The notes beneath the pieces were generated by a model that worked only from the letters and a program-made list of their open reading frames with translations, was not told the DNA's origin and searched no databases. A program made the position numbers and the translations under genes. A DNA stretch of 64,000 nucleotides. Origin: Nitrospinota bacterium (GTDB lineage: Bacteria; UBA8248). Location of the stretch: positions 11,039 to 75,038 of the forward strand of contig JAYGFR010000031.1 of the NCBI GenBank assembly GCA_046581755.1, in the 5' to 3' direction. Positions 49,882-60,403 of the stretch are shown one piece after another (position 1 is the stretch's first letter; each line of letters starts with the position of its first letter).

Positions 49882-50775
49882 CTATCCGGCCTGCCCCGAG
49901 GGATGCTCGCCGAGGGCGTCGTAAACGATCCCGACGCCGTTTTTCTGGAGCAAATAAGCCCTGTCGCCCAGGACGCGAGGATGCTCAAGGCCGGGTCGAT
50001 CGATGTAATTCACCCGCTCCTGGACCTCCTCGCGACCGAGCCCGAGATCCTTGAGCTTCTTCACCTCCCCAATGACGTCGAACATCCTTTGCCGCTGGCG
50101 GGGAATTTCATCTTTCCGGCAAGGGCCGCCGTGTCCCGGCACGTACCAGTCCACGTCGAGGGATTCCAGCAAGGCGAGCGATTCGAACCACTCCCAGACC
50201 GCAGCCGAATGGAAGAAGGGATAATTGCCGGGGGTGATGTTGTCCGCCGTGAAGACAACGCGGGCCTCCACGGCGTGAACGACCGTCTGGCCCCGCGTGT
50301 GGCCGGGCGAGAATATGAGATGAAAGGTTTGGCCGCCGAGCCGAAGCGTCATCCGGCTGCGAAAAGTGATGTCCGGCCAGCGGATTTCGTACCCATCGAG
50401 GAGAGGCCCGCACTCGGGATCGTAAAACAGCATGCGCTCCTTGGCCACCTCGACGGAGGGAAGCGAGGTCAGGAAGTCGGAATAGGTCACCTCGCTCGAA
50501 ATGATCGTCCCTCCCCCCAGATACCAGTTCGATGCGATGTGATCTTGATGATGTTCGGTGTTGATGTGGTAGCGGAGGGGCCCTTTCGAAGCAATGAAAT
50601 CACGCCATTCGATCGCGTCGCTGGGCTTCATGGGGCCGTCGATGGCGACGACGCCCTCGGAGGTGATCACCATCCCCACTGTGGGGTAACGGTTCATGTA
50701 AAAAACCTGGTCGGTCAATGAGTCCATCGCTGCCTCACTGGGGGGCGGGAGAGCCGGATTTACAGGCGTGCCCAT
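49882..50775 (-). CDS. MBL-fold hydrolase (cyclase-like)
   Basis: INTEHHQDH, PGHT, VFTADN, VPGHG. Confidence 0.8.
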   Translation of the reverse strand: MGTPVNPALPPPSEAAMDSLTDQVFYMNRYPTVGMVITSEGVVAIDGPMKPSDAIEWRDFIASKGPLRYHINTEHHQDHIASNWYLGGGTIISSEVTYSDFLTSLPSVEVAKERMLFYDPECGPLLDGYEIRWPDITFRSRMTLRLGGQTFHLIFSPGHTRGQTVVHAVEARVVFTADNITPGNYPFFHSAAVWEWFESLALLESLDVDWYVPGHGGPCRKDEIPRQRQRMFDVIGEVKKLKDLGLGREEVQERVNYIDRPGLEHPRVLGDRAYLLQKNGVGIVYDALGEHPSGQAG

Positions 50776-50795
50776 CCTCCCGTGCCGGCCCCCTG

Positions 50796-51350
50796 TTATC
50801 CTGAAATCCCTTCGAGCTCCAAGGGCTCGCCGTTCAGTTCGATTTCACTTTTGAGCGGGACGGATGACTGGATCATCCGCTCGGCGTAGCAACCCTGCTT
50901 GGCGTTCCGGATAAGCAGAGCGATCTTCTCGGGCGGGGCACCGCTTTCCACCCGGAAAATCGTTCGCGTCTCTGTGCACCCGGACTCGACCGTCCCCTTC
51001 AATACCGAACCACGCAAAAAATAGTCCATCTCCACCCGACAACTCGCCTTGGTGATCTCGATTTTCATCATGTGCGCGTACCGCGCCAGCTGGGTGAGCA
51101 GTCAGAAACCCACCCCCATGCAGATATAGGTGAGAGGCTGGGGATAGCAATCCTGCCCCCCGATTCGGGGCGGCTCATCGCAAAACACCTCGAACTTCTC
51201 CTTCCGCCCCACCTTGATCTGGCCGTCGCCGCTCCACTCGGTCTCCGCCCATTGGTAGGAAACCGTCCCTTGGGGCGGAAGCTCGGGCTTGTCGATGAGC
51301 CGCTCCCCGAGAACGGCACTGAGCTCTGTCGTCACTATCGGTTTTTCCAT
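50796..51350 (-). CDS. Putative OsmC-like selenoprotein 2, 184 aa (TGA 51102-51104 read as Sec83)
   Basis: Same-frame fragments join as PQPLTYICMGVGF-U-LLTQLARYA; AKQGCYAE; clear paralogue of 10942-11484 with the TGA at the same codon. Confidence 0.87.
51071..51088 (-). promoter_or_regulatory. Putative bacterial SECIS hairpin
   Basis: UGGCGC-GGUAC-GCGC(A)CA, loop GG at +20; the U-A pair of paralogue 1 is replaced by G-C. Confidence 0.7.
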
Positions 51351-51630
51351 AATCAGGCCCTTTTTGAGAAAACGCAGGTGCATCATCCGCTTCGGTTAAA
51401 TGGGAGCCGAATGCCCTCTGACGGTCAAAATTCCGGGTACCAGCCCATATTTTCAAAAATACCCCGTCAAAGCCAGACCCCGAACCATTATCCCGAGAAT
51501 TAACGGGGCGCGGCCCGATTTACGCCCTTGAATCTGGCTCCCATTTCAGCCATTATCCGTCCTCCCCGGACCTCCGGGGAAAACGGATGCAGCCGCGCCA
51601 CTAATGCCAGAACGACCCTGGAGCAAACCA

Positions 51631-53436
51631 ATGGCCTCGACCATTCGGGACGACATTCGAAATTTCGCGATCATCGCCCATGTGGACCACGGCAAAACCA
51701 CACTCGTGGATTCCATGCTCTGGCAGACCGGAATCTTCCGCGAGGGCCAGGTGGTCGCCAGCCGGGTCCTCGATTCGATGGACCTTGAGCGTGAAAAAGG
51801 CATCACCATCATGGCGAAAAATTGCGCCGTTAAATACAAGGGCATCACCCTCAACATCGTCGATACACCCGGCCACGCGGATTTCGGCGGCGAGGTCGAG
51901 CGGGTGCTCTCTTTGGTGGACGGCGCCCTGCTCCTGGTGGACGCCTCCGAGGGGCCGCTTCCGCAGACCCGCTTCGTGGTCAGCAAGGCGCTCGAGCGCA
52001 ACCTCCCCTTCGTCCTTATCATCAACAAGGTGGACCGCTCGGACGCGCGCCCCGAGGAGGTTTTGAACGAAGTGTACGACCTGTTCATCGACCTGGAAGC
52101 CACCGAGGATCAACTTGAGTTCCCCGTCCTTTACGCTATCGCCAAGGAGGGCCGCACGGGCACATCGCCCGAAGCTCTCTCGGACAACCTCGAACCCCTG
52201 TTCGATGCCCTGTTAAAAACCATTCCCCCGCCCACATTCAATGAAGGAGAGCCACTCCAGCTTCTCGTAGCCCAGCTCGAATACGACAACTACGTCGGAC
52301 GCCTCGCCATCGGCCGGGTGTGGAACGGGGAGATTCGAGCGAGGGAAAAGTGCATTCTGATCGGCGCAAAAGGCGAGAACGCCACCGCCGAGATCACCCT
52401 CCTCTACGGCTACGAAGGGCTTCTGCGGAAAGAAATTTCAAAAGCGCGGGCCGGCGATATTGTCGCCGTCGCCGGCTTCGATAAAATCGGAATCGGGGAT
52501 ACCATTGCCGACCCCGAAAATCCGAAACCGCTTCCGCCCATCGTCCTCGATGAGCCGACCATCACCATGATCTTCCGGGTGAACGATTCACCCTTCGCGG
52601 GCCGGAGCGGTCGATTTCTCACCTCGCGCCAGATTCGAACCCGCCTGTTTCAGGAATCGCTCAACAACCCGGCCATCGTGGTCGAGGAAACCGACTCCTC
52701 AGACACCTTCCGCCTGTCGGGCCGGGGCTCCCTCCAGCTGGCCATTCTCATCGAACAACTCCGGCGCGATAGCTTCGAAATTATCGTCGGCCCGCCAGAG
52801 GTCATTACGCGCTCCGAAAACGGCAAAAAACTCGAACCCGTCGAGAACGTCGTCATCGATCTGCCCGAGGAATATATCGGCGCGGTCACCCAAAAGCTCG
52901 GCGAGCGCAAAGGCAAGATGACCCAGATGGTCAACCACGGAAAGGGCCGCGCCCGCCTCGAGTTCCGCATCCCGAGCCGAGGCCTTTTCGGATACCGGAC
53001 CGAATTCATGACCGACACGCGGGGCACTGGAATCTTCACGGCCATCTTCGGTGGGTGGGAGCCCTGGGCGGGCGACATTCCCGGCAGGACCACCGGCGCC
53101 CTCGTCGCCGACCGGGCGGGCAGAGTCACTGGCTATGCCATCGAGCATCTACAGGACAGGGGAACCCTTTTCGTCGCGCCCACCGACAATGTATACGAAG
53201 GAATGATCATCGGCGAAAACAGCCGGGAGCAGAACATGGACATCAACATTACGAAAGAGAAAAAACTCACCAATATGCGGGCCGCCGGCTCCGACAACAC
53301 CGCCCATATCGTCCCGCCGCGCCTCTTCAACCTGGAGCAGGCCATCGATTTTCTCAAAGAAGGCGAATGCCTCGAAGTCACCCCCGACGCCTTTCGTTTC
53401 CGCAAAACCGAGCTCAAATCAAGAAAGCACGCGTGA
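51631..53436 (+). CDS. typA: Translational GTPase TypA/BipA
   Basis: [39 protein letters not shown]. Confidence 0.95.
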   Translation: MASTIRDDIRNFAIIAHVDHGKTTLVDSMLWQTGIFREGQVVASRVLDSMDLEREKGITIMAKNCAVKYKGITLNIVDTPGHADFGGEVERVLSLVDGALLLVDASEGPLPQTRFVVSKALERNLPFVLIINKVDRSDARPEEVLNEVYDLFIDLEATEDQLEFPVLYAIAKEGRTGTSPEALSDNLEPLFDALLKTIPPPTFNEGEPLQLLVAQLEYDNYVGRLAIGRVWNGEIRAREKCILIGAKGENATAEITLLYGYEGLLRKEISKARAGDIVAVAGFDKIGIGDTIADPENPKPLPPIVLDEPTITMIFRVNDSPFAGRSGRFLTSRQIRTRLFQESLNNPAIVVEETDSSDTFRLSGRGSLQLAILIEQLRRDSFEIIVGPPEVITRSENGKKLEPVENVVIDLPEEYIGAVTQKLGERKGKMTQMVNHGKGRARLEFRIPSRGLFGYRTEFMTDTRGTGIFTAIFGGWEPWAGDIPGRTTGALVADRAGRVTGYAIEHLQDRGTLFVAPTDNVYEGMIIGENSREQNMDINITKEKKLTNMRAAGSDNTAHIVPPRLFNLEQAIDFLKEGECLEVTPDAFRFRKTELKSRKHA

Positions 53437-53449
53437 TGGCAGCCCGCCG

Positions 53450-54466
53450 CTAGCCCCTCGGCTCAAGTTCGAACGCCTCGGCCATGAGTTCGTAGGTTTT
53501 CATGCGGAAACCGAAGTCGTAGCACTGGTTCACGACAACAAATTCCTCGATGCCGCCGTGCTCCTCGCCCAGGGCAAGCATCTGCGCCTTTACCCCATCG
53601 GGCGTTCCGGCGATGGTCCGGCTCAGAGTGTCGTTCACGAAATGGCGCTCCATCTCGGTGTAGGGGTAGGCGAGCGCCTCCTCGGGCGAGGGTACGCCGC
53701 CCGTTTCCCCCTTGCGGTTCCGGAGGAAAAACAGGCCTCGGCTTGCCGCGTGGCGGCGGGCCTCTTCTTCATCCTCCGAGCAAAAAACAAACACGCCGAG
53801 GCTGGCCTCGGGAACGGTGAGGCGGGAGGAGGGGCGGAAACGCTCTCGGTATATATTCAAAATCTGCGGCCCGCCGATGTTGTTGATGAAATGGGCAAAC
53901 GAAAAGGGGCAGCCAAAATGCGCTGCGAGCATGGCGCTCTGATCACTGGAGCCGAGCAGCCAAGTCTCGGGCGCGGTCGGACCGTCTGGCATGGCTTGAA
54001 TATGCTCGAAGGGATGTCCGGGCTCGAGGCCGCCGCCGAGATACCCCAGCAAATCCGAAACCTTCCGGGGAAAATCCTCGACCGAAAGGGGGTTTCCTCC
54101 GTTGGCGAGCGCCTGCGAGGTGAGCCGGTCGCTTCCAGGGGCGCGGCCGATTCCGAGATCGATCCGTCCCGGATAAAGCGTTTCGAGGACCCGGAAATTC
54201 TCGGCCACCTTGAGGGGGCTGTAGTGGCTGAGCATGACGCCGCCCGAGCCCACCCGGATGTCCTTTGTGCGGGCGGCCACCTGGCCCACCATGATTTCGG
54301 GCGAGGGGCCGGCCAATCCGCTGTGGCTGTGATGCTCGGCCACCCAATAACGGTGGTATCCCAGGCGGTCGGCCGCTTGGGCAAGCTCTATCGTTTCGCG
54401 GATGGCACCGGCCGCCGAGCCACCGCCCCGGATCGGGGATTGGTCCAAAACGCTAAGACGAATCAT
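53450..54466 (-). CDS. LLM-class flavin-dependent oxidoreductase
   Basis: LSVLDQSP, RYWVAEHH, RVGSGGVML.HYSP.KVAE.F, GRIDLGIGRAPG. Confidence 0.9.
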   Translation of the reverse strand: MIRLSVLDQSPIRGGGSAAGAIRETIELAQAADRLGYHRYWVAEHHSHSGLAGPSPEIMVGQVAARTKDIRVGSGGVMLSHYSPLKVAENFRVLETLYPGRIDLGIGRAPGSDRLTSQALANGGNPLSVEDFPRKVSDLLGYLGGGLEPGHPFEHIQAMPDGPTAPETWLLGSSDQSAMLAAHFGCPFSFAHFINNIGGPQILNIYRERFRPSSRLTVPEASLGVFVFCSEDEEEARRHAASRGLFFLRNRKGETGGVPSPEEALAYPYTEMERHFVNDTLSRTIAGTPDGVKAQMLALGEEHGGIEEFVVVNQCYDFGFRMKTYELMAEAFELEPRG

Positions 54467-54752
54467 CAAAAAAATTCCACAAATGAAGGACAGATAATTT
54501 CACGTTCATCCATCCGTCGAAATACCGGGTTTGCCGCACGATCCACGCGAGAAACAGTGCGCCCGGAAGCGAGGTGTATCCGGCAGGGGATTTTCCATCT
54601 TCCGCCGCCGGGAGACAAGGAGTGGACGTCTCCCCCGGCGGGGTCCGCCGTGCCGCCGTCCCACCATGATTTGCATGGAACGGACGGGACAGGATAGCAT
54701 CCTCCCCATTCCGAATACCGATAATGGATAAATTTCCCGGGGAGGATATCTC

Positions 54753-54953
54753 GTGTCCATGTCAGAAGAAGAAATATCGCGCCGCTCCGAAGAAATTTTC
54801 GGAACACCCATCAGTGGAGAGCACCTTTCTGGACTCGCCTCTCTGTTGGCTTCGCTCGAAGGGACCCATCTCGGGGCTGTCGAGGCGATAGCCCCGGAAT
54901 CGGAGCCGATGGGCCACCGGGCCATATTAAGGGAGTCCCGCCATGGTGGATGA
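54753..54953 (+). CDS. Small protein overlapping the amidase start (GatC-like position)
   Basis: GGAGG RBS; 66 aa with SEP near the C-terminus; overlaps the amidase ATG. Confidence 0.5.
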   Translation: MSMSEEEISRRSEEIFGTPISGEHLSGLASLLASLEGTHLGAVEAIAPESEPMGHRAILRESRHGG

Positions 54954-56361
54954 CATCGCCCGCCTTGCCGCCTCGGAAATCGCCGGGCGGGTCCTGGCCG
55001 GAGAGCTTTTGGCCGCCGATGTGGCGGAGGCGTTCCTCCTCCGAGCCGAGAAGATCGGCCCGGCCCTCAACACCTGGATCACCCTCGACCGGGAAGGCGC
55101 CCTGAATCAGGCCCGGATTATCGACGAGGCCATGGCGGAAGGCAAAGACCCCGGACCGCTAGCCGGCGTTCCGGTGGGCCTGAAAGATATCATCGACGTG
55201 GCCGGACTCCGGACGACTGCCGGAAGCCTCATCCTCAAAGACCAGGTGGCGGCCGGGGACGCACCGCTTACCCGAAAAATCCGGAAAGCGGGCGCGGTCA
55301 TTCTGGGAAAACTCAACATGCACGAGTTCGCCTTCGGCCCCTCCGGCCACAACCCTCACTACGGAGACCAGAAGAATCCCTGGGACACGAAAAGGGTCAC
55401 CGGCGGCTCCAGCGGGGGTTCGGGAAACGCGGCCGCCACGGGCCAAGCCTCCATCACCATCGGCTCGGACACCGGGGGCTCCATCCGGATTCCCACCTCT
55501 CTTTGCGGGGTCATCGGGCACAAGCCCACGTTCGGGTTGGTCACCAAGGCGGGCTGCGTATCGCTTTCATGGTCACTGGATTCATTCGGCCCCATGGCGA
55601 CCTCCGCCCGGGACTGCGCCCTGATGATGTCCACCATCGCCGGGCCCGACCCGGAAGATCCCAGCTCCCTTCAGGTGGAGGCGCCCGATTTCATCGGCGC
55701 CCTGGACAAACCGCTTGCCGGGCTCCGGATCGGACACGCCCGAAACTACTACGCCGATCAGTCCGACCCCGCCGTATGCGAAGCTATCGAGGAGGTGGAC
55801 CGGGCGCTGTCCGATGCGGGCGCCCAGGTCGTCGAGGTGAACATTCCCGGCTTGAAGACGGCTTACGGCGCAGCCACGAATTTTATGATGCCCGAGGCCG
55901 CGGCCTATCACGAGAAAAACATTCGGGAGAGGCCGGACGATTACGACCCCAAGGTGCTTGAGCGCCTGAAAATCGGTTTTTTCATTCCCGCGACATCCTA
56001 CATTCAGGCCCAGCGCTTCCGCTCGCAGTGGACCGCGCAGGTGCTCAAGGAGGTTTTCGGGAAGGTGGACCTGGTCCTTGCGGCGGCAACGCCCATGCCC
56101 GCTCCGTTGCGCTCGGCCAAAACGGTCACGGTGGCCGGAAAAGAATACGACGCGCGGGGCCACCTGATCGCCTTGACCCGGCATATCAATTTCCTGGGCT
56201 TTCCCTCGACCGGGTTTCCGGCCGGTATCAGCGACGAGGGCCTTCCGTTGGGAGCCCAGCTCATCGGACCGCCGCTTCACGATCACCGCACCATCGCGGC
56301 AGTCCATCAACTGGGAAAAGCGGGAGCCGTCCGCTTTCAGTTCGCGCCGTTCGAGGGATAG
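54943..56361 (+). CDS. Amidase signature family amidase
   Basis: GPLAGVPVGLKD, GGSSGGS, GSDTGGSIRIP. Confidence 0.9.
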   Translation: MVDDIARLAASEIAGRVLAGELLAADVAEAFLLRAEKIGPALNTWITLDREGALNQARIIDEAMAEGKDPGPLAGVPVGLKDIIDVAGLRTTAGSLILKDQVAAGDAPLTRKIRKAGAVILGKLNMHEFAFGPSGHNPHYGDQKNPWDTKRVTGGSSGGSGNAAATGQASITIGSDTGGSIRIPTSLCGVIGHKPTFGLVTKAGCVSLSWSLDSFGPMATSARDCALMMSTIAGPDPEDPSSLQVEAPDFIGALDKPLAGLRIGHARNYYADQSDPAVCEAIEEVDRALSDAGAQVVEVNIPGLKTAYGAATNFMMPEAAAYHEKNIRERPDDYDPKVLERLKIGFFIPATSYIQAQRFRSQWTAQVLKEVFGKVDLVLAAATPMPAPLRSAKTVTVAGKEYDARGHLIALTRHINFLGFPSTGFPAGISDEGLPLGAQLIGPPLHDHRTIAAVHQLGKAGAVRFQFAPFEG

Positions 56362-56413
56362 CGTGCCGACGGGAAACCCTTGCGAGGTGAACGGATGGTC
56401 TCTCGGAGTTCAT

Positions 56414-57670
56414 TTACTCCGGGCGCGCCCCGCCGGGGCCCATCGGAAATTTCTTGCAAAGCTCCCGAACATCATCGCGTACGGAGGCGATGAGTTCTTC
56501 GTTGCCGATGTCTCCCAAAACGTCAGCGATCCAGCCGCCGATGGTCTCCATGTCGGCTTCCTTCATCTTCCGGGTGGTCAGCGCGGGAGTTCCAATACGG
56601 ATACCGCTCGTGAGCGTCGGTTTTCGCGTGTCGAACGGGATGGCATTTTTATTCACGGTGATTCCGGCACGGCCGAGCGCCGCCTCGGCCTTCCTTCCGC
56701 TGAACCCGGCCTCCCTCAAATCGAGAAGGAGCAGGTGGTTGTCGGTTCCTCCCGAGACCAGCTGGATTCCCTTCCCCTTCAACGCCGCCGCTAGCGCCTT
56801 GGCGTTTTTCACAATCTGCGCCGCATAGTCTTTGAAGGCGTCCGTCGATGCCTCCTTGAGCGCCACCGCCTTGGCCGCGATGACGTGCATCAACGGACCG
56901 CCTTGCATCCCCGGGAAAACGGCCTTGCTGATCGCGGCGGCGTGGTCCTCGTCGGTGAGAATCATGCCTCCGCGCGGCCCGCGCAGCGTTTTGTGGGTGG
57001 TCGTGGTGACGATATGGGCATGCCCCGCGGGGGAGGGATGCTCTCCCGCCACGATGAGCCCGGCGATGTGGGCGATGTCGGCCATGACGACCGCGCCCAC
57101 CTCGTCGGCGATCTGGCGGAAGGGCTTATAGTCGATGGTCCGCGGATAGGCGCTCGCGCCGACCACGATGATTTTCGGGCGGTGCTCCATGGCCTGGGAT
57201 TCCACCTCGTCGAAGTCGATGACGTGATTTTCGGGGTCCACCCCGTAGGCTGCGACATTGAACCACCGCCCGGAAAATGTAACGGGATGGCCGTGGGTCA
57301 GGTGGCCGCCGTGGGAAAGATTCATCCCCAAGATGGTATCTCCCGGCTCGAGGAGGCCGAAATAGACGGCGGCGTTCGCCTGCGCCCCACTGTGGGGCTG
57401 GACCGATGCGTGGTCCATCTTGAAAAGATCTTTGGCACGCTCGATGGCCAGAGACTCGGCGATATCCACGTACTGGCATCCGCCGTAGTAGCGCTTGCCC
57501 GGAAGGCCCTCAGCGTACTTGTTCGTCATGATGCCCCCGACCGCCTCCAGGACCGCCTCGCTGACGTAGTTCTCCGAGGCGATGAGCTCCAGCCCGTCCT
57601 CTTGCCGGACGGTTTCTTTTTCCATCGCGTCGAATATTTCGGGATCCATTAATTCGAGAGCAGATGCCAT
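56414..57670 (-). CDS. glyA: Serine hydroxymethyltransferase
   Basis: [52 protein letters not shown]. Confidence 0.96.
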   Translation of the reverse strand: MASALELMDPEIFDAMEKETVRQEDGLELIASENYVSEAVLEAVGGIMTNKYAEGLPGKRYYGGCQYVDIAESLAIERAKDLFKMDHASVQPHSGAQANAAVYFGLLEPGDTILGMNLSHGGHLTHGHPVTFSGRWFNVAAYGVDPENHVIDFDEVESQAMEHRPKIIVVGASAYPRTIDYKPFRQIADEVGAVVMADIAHIAGLIVAGEHPSPAGHAHIVTTTTHKTLRGPRGGMILTDEDHAAAISKAVFPGMQGGPLMHVIAAKAVALKEASTDAFKDYAAQIVKNAKALAAALKGKGIQLVSGGTDNHLLLLDLREAGFSGRKAEAALGRAGITVNKNAIPFDTRKPTLTSGIRIGTPALTTRKMKEADMETIGGWIADVLGDIGNEELIASVRDDVRELCKKFPMGPGGARPE

Positions 57671-57886
57671 GAAACAAACCTCCGGAAGAACATCAAGTCG
57701 AGGATTCAGGGACAACCAAGGCGCGGCAGGACGGCTTCTGCCTAGAAAGGCGGACGCTAACAAAGAGGCCATCCGGCGTCAATTCTCCCGCCCGCCCCGG
57801 CCTCCGGGGTCTCTGCGAATCTCTGGCATGAGCGGCGGGCCGGGCCTATAATACTTTTTTCCAATGACTCGAGTGGAGATTCCCGT

Positions 57887-58357
57887 ATGGTGAAAAACCT
57901 CCTGCAATCCTCGCCGGGGGGGCCTCCCCGGATGGCGCTTCCCGCTGAACCGGAGGAGATGGGTAAATCCGGGGAACTTTGCGAGGTCCTTCTTTCCCGG
58001 TCGGACGAAACCGGGGACGCCCTCGATGCCCTGATATCCCTCACCGCGCGCCATCCGGACGCACTCTCGGGCTGGACCGCTCTCGGCAAGGTTGCCCAGG
58101 CGCGGGGAAAAATTCTAGAGGCCTACGCGTATTTTCGCGTGGCCTATCCCCACGGACTCGATCGTGCGCGCGCCGCCGGCGGGCGGGGGGACGGGCCCTT
58201 CCCCTGAGAATTTCCCGAAAACCGCCCGTTCCTTCTCGCCGTATCCGGGCTCATGCATTGCGCCGACGAAATCGGCGAGACGGGCGAGGCCGAGCGGTGC
58301 TGGAAGTTTCTGGCCATTCTCGACCCGGGGCATGCGTTCGAGCGAAAGCCCGGCTGA
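57887..58357 (+). pseudogene. DUF3151-like protein with an in-frame TGA at 58205-58207 (Trp position)
   Basis: AYAYFRVAY.HGLD..R..G.RG.GP.P*...ENRPFL......IGETGEAERC continues in frame past the TGA. Confidence 0.65.
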
Positions 58358-58532
58358 GCCGGTCCCCCCCCTTTCAATCGTTCTGTTGGCGAAGCGTCCC
58401 GATCATGTCAGAATCGGTTCTACAGGTGCGTTCAACCGCTTGAACGCCGCCGTCCCGGCGGGCATCGATCATTCGGATGCGGCGCCCGGGATATCCTCCA
58501 GGCCTCCCGAATGCACCTGTGAGGGACCGCCC

Positions 58533-59930
58533 ATGGGAAAGCTCGTCGTCGTATCCAACCGGTTGCCATCCATCTCCGAGAAGGAAACTTCTCGTTCGCG
58601 AAACCGAAATGTGGGCGGGCTGGTTTCGGCACTGATGTCGGCGCTGGAGTCCAGCGGCGGCGGAATGTGGTTCGGCTGGAGCGGAAAATCGAACCCGGAC
58701 GAAAAAGCCAAACCCGCCTCTTGGAAATCCGGAAACATCCGCATCGTGGGGTTTGACCTCACAAAGCGCGAAATCAACGCCTACTACAACGGGTTTTGCA
58801 ATCAGGTCCTCTGGCCCTTGCTCCACAGTTTTCATAGCGAGGTGAAGCTCCACAGGTCGGAAAGCCACTCTTATGGCTTCGTTAACACGCGCTTCGCCCG
58901 GGAGCTGATGCCCTATCTGGACAAGAACGACGCCGTGTGGGTAAACGATTACCACCTGTTCCTGCTCGGCCGGGAGCTTCGAAAGCTAGGATACGAAGGC
59001 TCCATCGGATTCTTCCTCCACGTTCCATTTCCCTCCTACGTCACCTGGCAGATTCTCCCGGAACCGGAAGAATTTCTCAAAGCCATGATGGACTACGATT
59101 TGGTGGGCTTTCACACCCGGACCTACCGGGACAACTACGTTTATTCGAGCCAGCGCCTTATCGATTCTTCATGGGACGGAAAAATTCTCAGGGCCGGCGG
59201 GCGGAATCAACGGGTCCAGATGATTCCGATCGGCGTGGATCCGGAGCGTTTCGGGCCGACAGGTGGGGGAATCTCGCCGGGCCGCCCCAGGCTCGGACTC
59301 CAGGAGGAGGCCGGAGAGTCGAAGGTTATTCTCGGGGTGGATCGCCTTGACTACACCAAGGGCATTCCCCAGCGAATTTTGTCGTTCGAGGCGCTCCTGC
59401 ACCACTATCCGGAATACCGGAGAAAGGTTTGCATGTTTCAGATTTGCGCCCCCTCGCGGAGCGATGTCCCCGAGTACATTGCGCAAAAACGAGCGGTCGA
59501 GAGCAACGTGGGCCGCATCAACGGCGAATACGCTGAGCACGACTGGGTGCCTATCCGGTATCTCTATCGCTCCTACCCCCACGACCGGCTGAGCGTTTTC
59601 TACCGCGACGCGCACGCCTGCCTCGTCACCCCCCTCCGCGACGGCATGAACCTTGTGGCCAAGGAATATATCGCCGCCCAGGACCCGAAAAATCCGGGCG
59701 TCCTGGTGTTGAGCAAGTTCACCGGAGCGGCCGAGGAGATGACCGAGGCGGTGATCGTCAACCCCTATCTCACCGAGGACGTGGCCGACGGAATCGATCG
59801 GGCGCTCTCGATGCCCCTCCAGGAGCGCGTCGAGCGGCATGATATCCTTCTGGAAAAAGTGGTTCTCCACAGCTCCGACTGGTGGTTCAAAACCTTCCTT
59901 AAAGAGCTGGGGGCAACGACGCCCGGTTAA
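58533..59930 (+). CDS. otsA: Trehalose-6-phosphate synthase
   Basis: [48 protein letters not shown]. Confidence 0.93.
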   Translation: MGKLVVVSNRLPSISEKETSRSRNRNVGGLVSALMSALESSGGGMWFGWSGKSNPDEKAKPASWKSGNIRIVGFDLTKREINAYYNGFCNQVLWPLLHSFHSEVKLHRSESHSYGFVNTRFARELMPYLDKNDAVWVNDYHLFLLGRELRKLGYEGSIGFFLHVPFPSYVTWQILPEPEEFLKAMMDYDLVGFHTRTYRDNYVYSSQRLIDSSWDGKILRAGGRNQRVQMIPIGVDPERFGPTGGGISPGRPRLGLQEEAGESKVILGVDRLDYTKGIPQRILSFEALLHHYPEYRRKVCMFQICAPSRSDVPEYIAQKRAVESNVGRINGEYAEHDWVPIRYLYRSYPHDRLSVFYRDAHACLVTPLRDGMNLVAKEYIAAQDPKNPGVLVLSKFTGAAEEMTEAVIVNPYLTEDVADGIDRALSMPLQERVERHDILLEKVVLHSSDWWFKTFLKELGATTPG

Positions 59931-59975
59931 GAACCTTTCGCCCGCCAAGGGGATGATTGCAAGAGAAATGGACAT

Positions 59976-60004
59976 AAAAAAGCGCGCCCCAAAACGGGCG
60001 CGCT
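59976..60004 (-). terminator. Rho-independent terminator of the AOR operon
   Basis: 9-bp stem AGCGCGCCC/GGGCGCGCT followed by a T run on the minus strand. Confidence 0.75.
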
Positions 60005-60039
60005 CTGCATGACAGCCGCTCCATTTGGGCAGAAAGGCA

Positions 60040-60366
60040 TCACCCGCCCATATATTGTCCCATGAGAATAATCCGGTCGCCCCCGCGCACCTCGCTTCCG
60101 AGATGGTGATTGATTCCCAAAAGCGCATCGTTCACGGCAATCTCGATATGCTCGCTGAGTTCGGCCGAGCCCCGGTCCCACAACGCTTCGTCCAGCTCCC
60201 GGTGCTGGAGGCTGAGGCGCTTCAAGACGTCCCGGATCGTATCGCCAGGCCGGATCTCCTCGGCGAATTCCCGGCTCTCACTGCCGTCCCCGCCGACGAA
60301 CACCGTCGCCCAGGCCACAAGCTCGATATGAACGACCTGCTCATCTCCGCCCACCGAATCCTCCAT
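60040..60366 (-). CDS. MoaD/ThiS family sulfur carrier
   Basis: Ubiquitin-like pattern with C-terminal GG; downstream of the AOR gene. Confidence 0.8.
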   Translation of the reverse strand: MEDSVGGDEQVVHIELVAWATVFVGGDGSESREFAEEIRPGDTIRDVLKRLSLQHRELDEALWDRGSAELSEHIEIAVNDALLGINHHLGSEVRGGDRIILMGQYMGG

Positions 60367-60403
60367 CGCGGCCCATTTCGAAACCAAGCCGCCGCCGGGC
60401 GCA

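Noticed and set aside
57671..57860. ZTP or glycine riboswitch upstream of glyA
   Set aside because: Consensus elements not seen; only a plain TTGACG-17-TAGCGT promoter candidate is present on the minus strand.
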